Shown here piece by piece: positions 1 through 10,700 of a DNA stretch of 37,468 nucleotides. The notes beneath the pieces are model-generated. The model searched no databases. It worked only from the letters and a program-made list of their open reading frames with translations, and had not been told where the DNA came from. The stretch is from the IMG/VR virus record IMGVR_UViG_3300017774_002464, positions 1-37,468 of that record. One strand, 5' to 3'. This stretch comes from a virus (Duplodnaviria > Caudoviricetes). Within the stretch, counting starts at the first letter, position 1. The number at the start of each line of letters is the position of its first letter. The translations under genes and the position numbers were made by a program.

Positions 1-13
1 ACGTCTCGATAAC

Positions 14-388
14 ATGATCATCTATATCCCATACGGCGTCGGCAACGCGGAGGGATTCCCTGCCGACTACCCACGCGAATCGAAGCGGGTTGACGACAAG
101 GCGGAGATCCCAGATGGCTGGATCAAAACAACCGAGGACGAATACACACGGTTGGTGCAGTCGTCCTACGCCGAGGTCGCGGCTCTTAACGCTGCCAGAG
201 AGGAAACAAGCCGAGCAACCGAGCGTGAGAAGATCCAAACTGCGCGCCAGTTGTACGCCGATTGTGATGCCATCGACAACGACTGGGCGAACGCCACGAA
301 CGCGCAGAAATTTGAGCTGGCCAGGAAGACGTTTAAGATCCTTCGACGGATCAAGGGTCTTGTGATAGACAACCTGCGAGACGAATGA
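14..388 (+). CDS. hypothetical protein (possibly fibre/spike-associated)
   Basis: 124-aa ORF after an upstream TAA (10-12); ATGA overlap with next gene. Confidence 0.7.
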   Translation: MIIYIPYGVGNAEGFPADYPRESKRVDDKAEIPDGWIKTTEDEYTRLVQSSYAEVAALNAAREETSRATEREKIQTARQLYADCDAIDNDWANATNAQKFELARKTFKILRRIKGLVIDNLRDE

Positions 389-738
389 AAAAAATTATAC
401 CAATCCTGTTGTTGGCTAACATCGCTTCCGCCGCCAGTGTGAAAGTGACATGGGATCAAGTCAACGATCCTTCAGTCACTGGCTATATCGTTCGCTATGG
501 GCCATCGAGCACTAACAAGTTGCAAACCGTGAATGTTGGGAATACTAATTTGGTCGCGGTGCCTGTACCTGACAACATTCAGGTTTATATGGACGTCGTC
601 TCATACAACGCAATCGGACTTGTTAGCCTGCCGTCCAACGAGATCAACTTTAGCACGACTACGCCGAGTTCGCCTAGCGCACTGAAGCTGACAAACAACG
701 CCGTTGTCGTGACGGTTACAATCACACCAGGACAATGA
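385..738 (+). CDS. secreted fibronectin type III (Ig-like) domain protein
   Basis: Signal peptide MKKIIPILLLANIASA; FN3 pattern VKVTWD..VTGYIVRYG..Y..VVSYNA.G..S.PSNEI. Confidence 0.8.
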   Translation: MKKIIPILLLANIASAASVKVTWDQVNDPSVTGYIVRYGPSSTNKLQTVNVGNTNLVAVPVPDNIQVYMDVVSYNAIGLVSLPSNEINFSTTTPSSPSALKLTNNAVVVTVTITPGQ

Positions 739-926
739 ACTTTCAAACTCTAGCCCCTTTCCTCGCGTCGGTGATTCGGCACGCATTGGTAGCCGGTGGC
801 GCAATTGAGCTATCCAAGGCTGACGACGCATCGGGCCAGTTGGCGTCCGGTCTTGTGACTCTTATCGGCATTGCGTGGAGTCTTTGGAACGCGAAGAACA
901 AACAACAGCAACCAAAAGGAGAATGA
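735..926 (+). CDS. putative holin / small membrane protein
   Basis: 63 aa, two hydrophobic segments (SVIRHALVAGG; GLVTLIGIAWSLW), basic C-terminus. Confidence 0.6.
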   Translation: MNFQTLAPFLASVIRHALVAGGAIELSKADDASGQLASGLVTLIGIAWSLWNAKNKQQQPKGE

Positions 927-1297
927 TGAAAACGGCAATTGGAGCGGCATTGATTGCGGTCATTATGTGCGGGTGCGCCAGCAAGACGGGAAACATCGTC
1001 ACGGCAGAGATGGTGTTCCGTCACGGCACTAACGAAGTGCGCATCAGCCAGCCAAAGGACACAAGCTTTGAAGACCTCATGGTGTCGCCAAGTGACGGAA
1101 CCATACGCGTCAAAAAGTACCGAAGCACGGCCAACGAAGCGGCTATCGCGTCGGCGGAGAAACAAGCGGAAGCACAGGCGGCAATGTTTGGCGCAATGAT
1201 CCAGTCGGCGCGTGATATGTCGGATGCTTACATGCGGATGAATGGAATCCCCGTGCAACCTCGCCAGCCTGTATCTACTAATACGGCAGCCAAATGA
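923..1297 (+). CDS. lipoprotein (possible o-spanin)
   Basis: Start at ATGA overlap 923; MKTAIGAALIAVIMCG-C lipobox-like signal; next to holin. Confidence 0.6.
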   Translation: MMKTAIGAALIAVIMCGCASKTGNIVTAEMVFRHGTNEVRISQPKDTSFEDLMVSPSDGTIRVKKYRSTANEAAIASAEKQAEAQAAMFGAMIQSARDMSDAYMRMNGIPVQPRQPVSTNTAAK

Positions 1298-1341
1298 CTC
1301 ATACTAACAAGTCTAAGTCGCTATAATTCAACGCAAAGCGT

Positions 1342-1686
1342 ATGAATACCGCCTTGCAATTAGGCAAGCCAGCAAGCCAGATTTCCTTTATGGGCAACGT
1401 CAAACCAACCGGGGATTGGAAGTTCTGGCTTCAGCTATCCGTTATCATGATCGCCATCGGTGGCGGATTGCAGGCTAACCAAGAGATGCAACGCAAAGTG
1501 CAGTCGCTCGAAAAGAGCAACGAAGAGAAGACGGAAATTATACTCCGAATGGAGGGCAAGTTTGACCTGCTTAACCTGAAGATCGAGCAGTTGAACGACC
1601 AACTTAGAGCCAAGAAAATAGTCAACCAAGCGGTTTTTGACGCCTCCCACTTCAGCGGTGAGACGCACGTTGAAAGGAACAAATGA
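1342..1686 (+). CDS. membrane-anchored coiled-coil protein (possible spanin/antiholin)
   Basis: One TM (FWLQLSVIMIAIGGGL) then heptad-rich helix; alternative start ATG 1390. Confidence 0.5.
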   Translation: MNTALQLGKPASQISFMGNVKPTGDWKFWLQLSVIMIAIGGGLQANQEMQRKVQSLEKSNEEKTEIILRMEGKFDLLNLKIEQLNDQLRAKKIVNQAVFDASHFSGETHVERNK

Positions 1687-1988
1687 TTATCCCACCCGGC
1701 GGAATGACTCCACCAGATGAGCCTGTGCGCTTGCCGCCAGCCAACCCGGCTGAAGAGGCGGAGCTTTACAATTACATGATCGCCAACCACTGGCATCAAT
1801 GGCACTACACCGGGCGAAAGCTATACAGCGCCGGGACTGTGCAAATCAGCGGCATTGATGTCGGCATGGTGAATGCGCGATTGAAGAGTGTCTTTGGCGC
1901 TTGGCCGCTGCCGGGTGAGTATGGAGTCGGCGCTTGGCCTTACGGAGAGCCAGCCAATGCGGTGGCTGTGCAACAGTTCCCGACGTGA
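1683..1988 (+). CDS. hypothetical protein
   Basis: 101 aa, ATGA and GTGA overlaps with both neighbours. Confidence 0.6.
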   Translation: MIIPPGGMTPPDEPVRLPPANPAEEAELYNYMIANHWHQWHYTGRKLYSAGTVQISGIDVGMVNARLKSVFGAWPLPGEYGVGAWPYGEPANAVAVQQFPT

Positions 1989-2875
1989 AACTCTTCACAA
2001 AGGCCGTTGGATGGGCGGAAGGAGTGCGCCGATTGGTGCAGCGCAAACTTCTGCCAACAACGCTTGGCACCCGCGAGCTGGCGTCCGTCTCAGCGGACCT
2101 TAAGCGCGTGTCTGTATTCTCAGCCAAGATCGAGGTTGCGGACGCGCTGCAAGGCATTAACGACACCGTGCGCGAGGTTATACGCGGAATCGAGAAAGCG
2201 GACGAGGAAACTTTCCAGTTCGTCACGGCTGACGGCACGGTAGAGGAACGACGAAAGAAGCCGCTTCAGCTTTCGATTGCCGACGCCAAGGTTCAGATCC
2301 GCGACAAGTTCGAGTCGCTTGGAATCAGAGCCGAGGACCCGTCCAAGATTGGAACCATCCAAGACCCGCAGAGCGACCAGCGTCTTAGCCTCATCGTTGA
2401 GACACAAGAGTCTTTGGCGTACAACCATGGGGCCTACATGTCTGGCCAGGACGAAGACATTCTCGCCATCTGGCCAGCGCAAGAGCTTGTCCGCGTCTCC
2501 CCTTCCACCGTCAAGCGTGACTGGAAAGACCGTTGGGAACGTGCCGGTGGCGCATTGTACGAGGGCCGCATGGTGGCAATGAAGGACTCCATTGTCTGGC
2601 GCAACCTTGGAAACTCGATGCTGTTCGCGGACGCTCTCGGCAACCCTTATCCGCCTTTCGCGTTTAACTCTGGCATGGGCGTGGAAGACGTGGATCGTGA
2701 GGAAGCGTTGCGATTGGGGGTTATGACACCCGCAACGCCAGATCCAGAGCCAGACAGGCGCTTGTTGTCCGAAGACACCCAGGCAAGTGCCAAGCGGTTT
2801 GACGAGGCTTTGCGGATCACGCTCGCCAGTGATCCAGCCTTAGCTATGGACGGAGACACGCTAACGCTTAGATGA
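1985..2875 (+). CDS. Mu gpF-like head morphogenesis / minor head protein
   Basis: GTG start in GTGA overlap; RLSLIVETQ..AY..G, WPAQEL.R and YPPFAFNSGMGV motifs resemble the gpF family. Confidence 0.65.
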   Translation: MKLFTKAVGWAEGVRRLVQRKLLPTTLGTRELASVSADLKRVSVFSAKIEVADALQGINDTVREVIRGIEKADEETFQFVTADGTVEERRKKPLQLSIADAKVQIRDKFESLGIRAEDPSKIGTIQDPQSDQRLSLIVETQESLAYNHGAYMSGQDEDILAIWPAQELVRVSPSTVKRDWKDRWERAGGALYEGRMVAMKDSIVWRNLGNSMLFADALGNPYPPFAFNSGMGVEDVDREEALRLGVMTPATPDPEPDRRLLSEDTQASAKRFDEALRITLASDPALAMDGDTLTLR

Positions 2876-3429
2876 GCATCGACATTCAGCTAAAGCGATT
2901 GCAGAAGATCAAGGACGCCGCATCCAACAAGGAAGCGGTGAACAAGGTCATTGCGCGAGGCGTTGAAAACTTGGTGAAGTCGCATTTCGCGGAGGTTTCC
3001 AGCAAAGAGAAGAACCGATTTGGCGCGAAGTCTTCCTTTTGGCGACGTATGCGAGAGCAGGTCAAAAGCTATTCAGACGCAGCCTTCGCCTACGTGTCTA
3101 TGAACCGGGCTATTGCGCAGCGTTACTTTGGCGGCACCATCAAGCCAACCGGCACCAAGCGGTATCTAACTATACCACTCTCAAAGCAAAGCTACGGCAA
3201 AAGCGCTGCGTTTTTCGGTCCAGACTTAGAGGTTTATACTTCACACCTAGGCAACAAGTTCTTGGTGATGGAGACAAAAAAGCGTGGCAAAAAGGTTTTA
3301 GAGTTCCTATACCTACTCAAAGAACGGGTGACGCAGCGCGGGAACAAAGCCGTTCTGCCGACCAAGCAACAGTTTCAAACGGCTATGGCTGAAGCGTTCC
3401 AGAAGCATATGGACGCTAAGACACGATGA
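2872..3429 (+). CDS. putative virion morphogenesis / tail-completion protein (Mu gpG-like)
   Basis: Basic 185 aa, FGGTIKP..KRYLTIP motif, position after gpF-like gene. Confidence 0.55.
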   Translation: MSIDIQLKRLQKIKDAASNKEAVNKVIARGVENLVKSHFAEVSSKEKNRFGAKSSFWRRMREQVKSYSDAAFAYVSMNRAIAQRYFGGTIKPTGTKRYLTIPLSKQSYGKSAAFFGPDLEVYTSHLGNKFLVMETKKRGKKVLEFLYLLKERVTQRGNKAVLPTKQQFQTAMAEAFQKHMDAKTR

Positions 3430-3920
3430 GCGACGCGATACATGACCACGGGCTTTTGAGGACCTTGCAAGAGGAGGTTCGGGCGCGTCTACAGGAGGAC
3501 GAGATGTTATTCGCCCCGCCCCGCACGCTCATTATTGCCGAGGACATCGGGGACATCGAATCGGAGATCACGAAGGCAATCGGCCCGCTGAACACTGGTG
3601 GCGGAGTGGTTATCGTTGGATCACCGGAGATGAACACGCCGGACCCAAAGCGTCCGTTCATGTTCAGCGTGAACATCAAGTTCCAGTGCCTAGAGCTTTC
3701 AATCGTGAACCGGAGCGCGAGCGGAAACCAAGTGTATGCCGAGAGGTTGGCTGAGATTATCCACATACTTATGCGCAACTGGGAGCCAGCCACCAATGGA
3801 TGGAGCGGTATGTTGCTGCGCGAGTGGCGCACGGGACCGGCTGAGAAATTTAAAGGCTACGTGGCCGACGTTATCGTTTTTCAAACCGAAACGTGCTACG
3901 AGACTGAACAAGTGGTATAA
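3426..3920 (+). CDS. putative tail terminator / neck protein
   Basis: Acidic 164 aa directly upstream of putative tail tube gene; synteny only. Confidence 0.45.
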   Translation: MSDAIHDHGLLRTLQEEVRARLQEDEMLFAPPRTLIIAEDIGDIESEITKAIGPLNTGGGVVIVGSPEMNTPDPKRPFMFSVNIKFQCLELSIVNRSASGNQVYAERLAEIIHILMRNWEPATNGWSGMLLREWRTGPAEKFKGYVADVIVFQTETCYETEQVV

Positions 3921-3939
3921 CTAACAACACAGGACTTTT

Positions 3940-4437
3940 ATGGCTTTCAAAGGTATTGGCAGGGCGGTTTCAAAAGGTGTTCCGTACACTTTCGCTTGGG
4001 CTCGCGGAATTGGCACAACTGCGACAGTTGCAGCGGACGACAATCGAGCCATTGGTTTCGATTATACGCACGACGTTACCGCTACCGATCATAGGGACGG
4101 CACTTCCGCAGTGTTTGCGACGACGTTTGACGAGCCTGTCCACACCATCTCAATCCGCACAATCCCGGTTGGAAACTCCACCACAAACACAGGCGACAGG
4201 GCGAGGTTGCATGGCATCACACCGGATATTGGAACAGCCGTAACGCTCGCAAACGGTCCAGCCTATTTTACTGGAGGGACCGCAATCACTGGGGCTGGAA
4301 CGGCAAGCTGGATCTACAAAGGCGGAGCGTCTATCTCCTATACGCCAGACGGCGTTACCGAGGTTTCAATGACGCTCTACCGACACGGCTTCAACGTTGA
4401 AGCCCCCACCACGTTCGCTGCCGTCCAAGACCTGTAA
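3940..4437 (+). CDS. putative major tail tube protein
   Basis: 165 aa, T/G-rich, beta-strand pattern, AGGA-containing leader, two genes upstream of tape measure. Confidence 0.55.
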   Translation: MAFKGIGRAVSKGVPYTFAWARGIGTTATVAADDNRAIGFDYTHDVTATDHRDGTSAVFATTFDEPVHTISIRTIPVGNSTTNTGDRARLHGITPDIGTAVTLANGPAYFTGGTAITGAGTASWIYKGGASISYTPDGVTEVSMTLYRHGFNVEAPTTFAAVQDL

Positions 4438-5069
4438 TGGACAATTCCCACGACTTCGCGCTAGCAGTCCACCCCAACCGCACAAGGGTTGCGGGTGTTC
4501 TGCTCATGCCGTTTGCTCTTGGGCATGCCATCCTTTTAACCCGCCTCCGCAGTCCTCTTGCCACATATTGGACTGGTGAAACCAAGCCCATCAACGTCGG
4601 AGACGTGGCGCTTGCTATTTGGGTGTGCGAGCGTCCAGCTACCGAGGCTTCGCGCAAGATTGGCGATTGGTGGACGCAATACCGCATTGGTAGGCTCGCC
4701 AAGCGGGTTGCGCGCTACGGTTCATTACAAGTGATTCACCAGCTTGCGTTATACCTAGAGGCTGGCTTCAAAGGTCCGAAGATGAAGCGCCAACCAGGAA
4801 GCAACTCCTGCGGATCGCCCATCCTCGCGATGCTGTACGCAAGCCTTCTCTCCCATTTCCATCGCAGCGATTCACAGGCATTCAATACACCCATATCACT
4901 TGCCTTGTGGAATCGTGCCGCGCTGTTGGAGGAACAAGGCATCGCCAAAGTGTGGACCGAGGAAGACCAGGACCTTAGCGACTATGCGCGCCAAATGGCG
5001 GAGGATCCCGAGGCGTTGAAACGCATGTTCGATGAATTGAAGCCTGACGAAAAGGAGGGCGACAAGTGA
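4437..5069 (+). CDS. putative tail assembly chaperone
   Basis: Between tube and tape-measure genes; synteny only. Confidence 0.45.
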   Translation: MDNSHDFALAVHPNRTRVAGVLLMPFALGHAILLTRLRSPLATYWTGETKPINVGDVALAIWVCERPATEASRKIGDWWTQYRIGRLAKRVARYGSLQVIHQLALYLEAGFKGPKMKRQPGSNSCGSPILAMLYASLLSHFHRSDSQAFNTPISLALWNRAALLEEQGIAKVWTEEDQDLSDYARQMAEDPEALKRMFDELKPDEKEGDK

Positions 5070-6295
5070 GCGATGATACATACGTCCTGAAGTTCACAGG
5101 GGAGGATAAAGACCTCGTCGACAAGATCGACAAGATCACCGACCGCCTGAACAAAAGCCGCGAGCTTTCGGTGAAGTTCAACAAGGAGAGATCATCCATT
5201 GCTCGCCAAGAGCGCAAGGCGGCGTTTGAATCGCTTACATTGGAAGAGAAGCGGGCAAAGCTAACGCAACGCCAGATTGACTTAGAGCGGAGGTTGGCGA
5301 CCGCAAAGAAAAGCGGGAACGAATACAGGACATCCGCGCTTCAATTGGCGATGGCTCGCAATCGTTCGACGCTTGGTGGTTTGGGTCAACCGGTCGCGCA
5401 ATCTCCGCAATCAGGCGCTGCGGCTTCACTGCTTGGCGCTGCTGGTAGATTTGCGGCACCGGCCGCGATTGTCGCGGCTATTACAGCGGCTTTCAAATCG
5501 TCGCTAACGTCCGCCCTTCGATTCGCTGACGAGACTTCAGACCTTGCGGAGCAGATGGGCATCACGAGGACGCAAGTTATCCAGATTTCAAAAGCGGCTG
5601 GCGCGGCTGGCGTCAACGTGCGCCAAGTGATTGGCGGGCTTTCGACTCTTTCCGCCGCTAGGAGCGCGGCACTTGGCGGAGATCCTAAAGCACAGGAGCT
5701 TTTCAAGCGATACGGCGCGAACGCGAACGAAGACAACATTTTGACGCTTGCGCAGCAAATCACGGGATCGCTTGGGCCGGGCGGCATGGAGTCACGCGAC
5801 CGGGGATCGATGGGCATGCTTTTCGGGCGTCGACCTGAATCAATGATCGCGGCTTTGCGGGCGATTCAGGATGTCGGGAATCTCGAATCTGACATTCAAC
5901 GCATCGACGAGGCTAATACCAAGATAGAAGCGTTTTACAACAAACTTAAGGAAGCCAACCTAAAGATCGTTTCGTCAGTGCTTGGTTACGCACGATCAAC
6001 CGTTATCGGAACCGCGTTTTCAAAGCTGACTGATATGGCAATCGGAACTGGTCCAGCATTGCCGACAAGTTTCGCAGACAAACGCAGGTTGGAAGACACC
6101 GTCTTGCGCCCGTACAATCAATCTTCGATCAAGACCACTGCTGCAATTCCGCAAGCCGACTCGTTAGCGCGAATGGGGCTTTACATCGGAGGTGGGCCTA
6201 ACTCGACGGCTGGAATCATGAAGCAACAGTTGACGGAGCTAAAAGCCATTAAAGCTTCGTCGCAGCAAACCGTTCAGAGTATTAACAAGATATGA
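5066..6295 (+). CDS. tail tape measure protein (short)
   Basis: Ala/Gly-rich helical protein; FADETSDLAEQMGIT...AAGAAGV, GDPKAQELFKRYG and LFGR motifs typical of TMPs. Confidence 0.75.
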   Translation: MSDDTYVLKFTGEDKDLVDKIDKITDRLNKSRELSVKFNKERSSIARQERKAAFESLTLEEKRAKLTQRQIDLERRLATAKKSGNEYRTSALQLAMARNRSTLGGLGQPVAQSPQSGAAASLLGAAGRFAAPAAIVAAITAAFKSSLTSALRFADETSDLAEQMGITRTQVIQISKAAGAAGVNVRQVIGGLSTLSAARSAALGGDPKAQELFKRYGANANEDNILTLAQQITGSLGPGGMESRDRGSMGMLFGRRPESMIAALRAIQDVGNLESDIQRIDEANTKIEAFYNKLKEANLKIVSSVLGYARSTVIGTAFSKLTDMAIGTGPALPTSFADKRRLEDTVLRPYNQSSIKTTAAIPQADSLARMGLYIGGGPNSTAGIMKQQLTELKAIKASSQQTVQSINKI

Positions 6296-7122
6296 GCCGC
6301 CTTGTCCTTAAAGCATCAACCGGGATTCAGGCGTTGGAGCCTAGGCGCTCTTATCGTGATGGCATCGGCCATTCAATCGAGCTTCGATATAAAGGCACCC
6401 AGCTTGAATGCGGAACCGAGCTGGACAGGCTTGTAGCTATCGGCGGAGTTTCGGACGCTACCATAGAGCACGACGCGGGTGGTTACTATGTGTTGTCGGT
6501 TACATATTCGACTCGCAACGCAACAACAGACAGCGGTGGCGCTCCGCTAACCGGGCCAGATAGCGTCGTCACAACTTGGTCAAGGCAGACAAGCAGCCTT
6601 GAAAAAAGCCTTTGGGAAAAGACTGAGATCAAGGATGCGATGGCAATTTTCGGAGCGTATAGTGACACCACTGCGAACTTTCTTCGCGCTGAGTTTCGCG
6701 CAATCGTCGAGAAGTATTTTAGGAGCGAAATTACATACGACGAATTCAACACGGCAGTGGCTGAGAAATACGAACCATTCAACCCGACGCAGACGAACAG
6801 GAACAGTATCGCCAAACTCTGCGAGATGTTCTCTAAGGGCGTGGACACCTATCGCGTCGATGCCTTCATCATCCAGCGAACGCAAGTGGGCGCGCCTGAG
6901 TCACTGATTAATAACGACGCAACAAATAACCGCATGTGGACTCGTGCGTCGTTGATTGCTGACACCACGATGCCATCCGCGTTTAAGGCGTCGGTTCCGC
7001 AAGGCTACTTCCTGCAATACGCGGCCGAGTTGAACGTGTTGGACAATGCCAAGTGGCAGGTCGTGCAACTCTGGCAATGGGCGGAGTCTTACGAAGACTG
7101 GCTTTGGGGTGACGCTGTGTAA
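6292..7122 (+). CDS. putative distal tail/baseplate protein
   Basis: 276 aa immediately after TMP (ATGA overlap). Confidence 0.5.
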   Translation: MSRLVLKASTGIQALEPRRSYRDGIGHSIELRYKGTQLECGTELDRLVAIGGVSDATIEHDAGGYYVLSVTYSTRNATTDSGGAPLTGPDSVVTTWSRQTSSLEKSLWEKTEIKDAMAIFGAYSDTTANFLRAEFRAIVEKYFRSEITYDEFNTAVAEKYEPFNPTQTNRNSIAKLCEMFSKGVDTYRVDAFIIQRTQVGAPESLINNDATNNRMWTRASLIADTTMPSAFKASVPQGYFLQYAAELNVLDNAKWQVVQLWQWAESYEDWLWGDAV

Positions 7123-7125
7123 TCT

Positions 7126-7320
7126 ATGAAACTTCCAAAAGGCACCGGGACAATCTCAACTTCGATTCGGCAATTGGACGGTCGAGTCCGCAGGCTAGAG
7201 CCTAGGCCCAACCCAGGCGCAATGCTTAACGTGGATCCAACTGGCGTTAATCAGCGTCCAAAAAACCTCTTGATGGGCAACGTCAGCGGCGGCGCTAACT
7301 CCGCCCCTCGGTATCGTTAA
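7126..7320 (+). CDS. small tail-module protein
   Basis: 64 aa filling the gap in the tail operon. Confidence 0.55.
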   Translation: MKLPKGTGTISTSIRQLDGRVRRLEPRPNPGAMLNVDPTGVNQRPKNLLMGNVSGGANSAPRYR

Positions 7321-7339
7321 CAACTAACTCTCAAAAATT

Positions 7340-7735
7340 ATGGCAGACGAAATTCAAATCACGACGAGGCTCTACGCTGCAAAAGGTGGGGCTTATCTCG
7401 GATCCGAGACAACCACGTCAACGCAGGATATGACGGGTACACACATGGCCAGCGGAACCCAAACTATTTCTACAGGCGCTGGAAATGCGGAGTTGCTTGA
7501 TATTCCTGGTGATGTAACTGGTGACAGGTACATTCTAATCAAGAACCTTAACGGAGAGGGTGGAACCAACTATCTTGAAATTGGTTCAGCATCTGGTGCG
7601 TCGTTTCCGGCATCCGTTAGCCAAAAGGTTTTTGGTCAGTCGACAATTCTAATGTGCGTACCAAGCGCGGTTGCGGTCTATGCTCTTGGATTTAATGCCA
7701 CGATCAATATCGAGTGGAAGGCCTGCCAAGTTTAA
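7340..7735 (+). CDS. putative virion beta-rich protein
   Basis: 131 aa, A-rich leader, RYILIKNL...NYLEIG pattern. Confidence 0.6.
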   Translation: MADEIQITTRLYAAKGGAYLGSETTTSTQDMTGTHMASGTQTISTGAGNAELLDIPGDVTGDRYILIKNLNGEGGTNYLEIGSASGASFPASVSQKVFGQSTILMCVPSAVAVYALGFNATINIEWKACQV

Positions 7736-7738
7736 CGC

Positions 7739-10700
7739 GTGGTCACATTCACCCGCATTCCAACCGTTGCGTCAGGCGCACCCGTCACGTCGACGGAGAT
7801 GATCGCCTTGGCCAACGGTATCAACGACAGGATCAATAGTGGATTTGGCGACGCCACGCGCCGGATCCACTTTTACCTGTCCGCGCCGTTTCGCCAGATT
7901 CGGAATTCATCGGGGACGCTATTTCCGCCAATCGACGAGTTCCGCGCAATCTATGAGCATATCCCTCCCAATGAGTACACTTGGCCACTGACGGGGCCCG
8001 GCGAAGAGGAAGGCGTCAACGTCTCGTCAATCGCTGGCTCATTCGTCTTCGGGAATGAAGTCTTGAACGTGGCGAGCGAGGACGAACGGTTGACAAACCC
8101 AGAAGAGGGCGGCGTCGATCTGGACTTCGGTACCGGGAGTGCATTCGAACTTTGGGAACTGGCAAAGCGCCAACGGGGCGCAATTGACCCGGATAGCCTC
8201 GTGGTAGCGTCGCCGGTGTTCGCTGCGGCTCAGAGTCACTTCTCGATTATCCAGAGCGCCAGGAGCCAGCACGGGAACGCCTATGGCGGCTACATCCCGA
8301 CGCCGGAATACCTAGGGGCCTGCACCAACCCCGCCGAGGATGGGACTTTCGAGATCATCTTTACCCCGCTGATTGACGGGTTGCCTACGCTCACGTTCGA
8401 GGGCTTTTGCGAGAGTGAGCCAACGCACGTTGCAACCATCCTCCGATACCCGAATGACCGCTATATCGTCGTCCAGAATAACGGCACGATAACCCAGCTT
8501 GATTGGGCGGAGTACATCGAAGGGCCATACCAATTCGGCAACCGGCTGACGAAGACGTGGGGTAATAACCTCAACCGAATCCTGAACTTCTTCAGCGCGG
8601 AGTTCAGCGGCACGCCAACCCAGAAGGCCGACGAAGACACGGGCGCGAGTGACTGGCTTTCCCATGCGTTCACCACGCAAGAGTTCCTGACGACGCAGTA
8701 CCACCTCGCCCCGCAGCGCGGGCTTCAGACGGGTGAATACGTCCAACCGCTATATCCGCAATGGAGCGCAACGAATTCGACGACAATTCCAAGCGGTTCA
8801 GTGATTGGCCGGACGGGCGCGAGCGGCACGACCTTTGCAAGCACGAGCGGCTTTGTGACCTGTTCCGTATTGGTTCACTCGTCGCAGCTGCTCGGGTCGG
8901 TCGTTGTCGCAGTGAAAGACGGAGACACCACCCTCGGCACCGTGACTCTGGATGCGTCAACCCCTTCTAGGGTTCTGACGTTCGCAGCGCGCTCCGTCAC
9001 GGCCCTTCAATTCGTCACGTCAACCAACGCCACGTTCAGCGCATCGAGCGCAACGGCTGGGTTGTTCTGCGAAGCGACGGAGCTGTATAATTACAAGCCT
9101 GCGCTCTGGGACTTGTCGCTTCTCCTGCGGTTATGCGGTGCGCGCATGTCACTCGTCAACGGGACGGACGGCAGTGGTCTGGATGAGGACCAAGCGAAAG
9201 AGATTGGCGATGATTACTTCGCCAACGGAGTGATTGTAAACCGCAGGCTTCACATCGCCTTGCCGGGTTCCTTCGCGGAGATCAACACCAACGCGGTATT
9301 CGACGCTGCGCGCCGCATGAATCGCCAGTGGTCGCGCCTAGTTCCGCGCCAGCAACTCATCGGATATGAGGTCGGGGCTGATGGCAAAAGCGTCCTATAT
9401 TTCCGAAGGAACTGGGCTGGCATGGACTCGGCAGACGTGTTCGACGGTATCGCTCCAAACAAGACGCCGGCGGAGTCTGGCCAATTGCAAGAAGGCCGCG
9501 AATATTCAGTGTTTGACGACGTAGTGACGTACAAGGGCCAAGTCTATAATGTTGGGGAGACGTTCACAGCCGAGGCTTCCGACCTCACCTTTTCGACGAC
9601 TTCTGGCCACGTTTACGAAGCCAATGGGATCTTACCTGACGCGCTTCCGCGAGGCTGGTCCAATGAGTGGGTCATGGACGTTATGAGTCTGATCCCGTAT
9701 CAGACTCTTGAAACTTCCAACTGGAAGGTTGATGCGTTCACTGACTACGTCTCATGGACTTTCGATAGATGCACATGGCAAGCGCCGACGCCGCTCCCCG
9801 CTGACCTGACGTGGCACTTTTCATATGGCAACGCGGATTGGGTGGCACCTGAGAGCCTACCCACTTTTCGCTATGTCGGAAGCGATACAACGGCTGGCAT
9901 CAATTATCTACCGTGCGCGGCGCTAGACACAGCCTGCGAAGAGGAAAGGCGCAAGAAACTGCGCTCCTGCCCCATCGGAGAGCTTCCGCTTGTCGTGGAG
10001 TCAACGGAGCGGCTTTTCGAGAACGGCGAAGAGGTTGTAAAGGTGAAGCTGAACGGACGCTTGCAGCACGGCACCGACGCGCCGAGCACTATTGACCGCG
10101 ATTACACGACGTGGAGCCTTGCGACAATCGCGGCAGAGAATGAGAGCGGGCGCACAGCCGAGAACGGAATCCGCGAGTACATCATCAACCAATTCGTTGG
10201 AGGCAACTGCACCGGACCCGGCACCCAATACGGAAACGCGGCGCATGAATCGACGGTGGCTTCGTCTCTCGACGTTCCTTTCGGCGCGTGCTACCCGCGC
10301 ATAGCGTTTACACGCCTAATCCCGAAGCCGTATGAGGACGGAAACACGGGCAACGATCCGCATGACACTCCGCTAGAGTCTTGGCCATTTGCCATGGCTG
10401 AGACATACGCCAGGGCAATGTGCGAAGGCTATGTCGACACAGTCTCCACTGAATCCTACGGATGCCAGACGGGCACCTATGCAGTGCTTGACTACACGTT
10501 TGAAAATGCCTGCTTCTCCGCATTTGGTGGACGCTCTTTCGGATGCATTCCTAGTGTGACGACGGCCTACGCCACAGCGGCAGACATCCGCGCTGACAAG
10601 CCATTGTTCCATGGGCCGCTCCCAAACACCGAGCCAACCGCCGAGGTGTTTAACCAGTTCGCGACGTTCTTCAATCAACTCACTGCGATTCGGTTGATTC

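Noticed and set aside
4437-5069. Programmed -1 frameshift in tail chaperone
   Set aside because: A single ORF runs up to the TMP start and I saw no convincing slippery heptamer with a second frame
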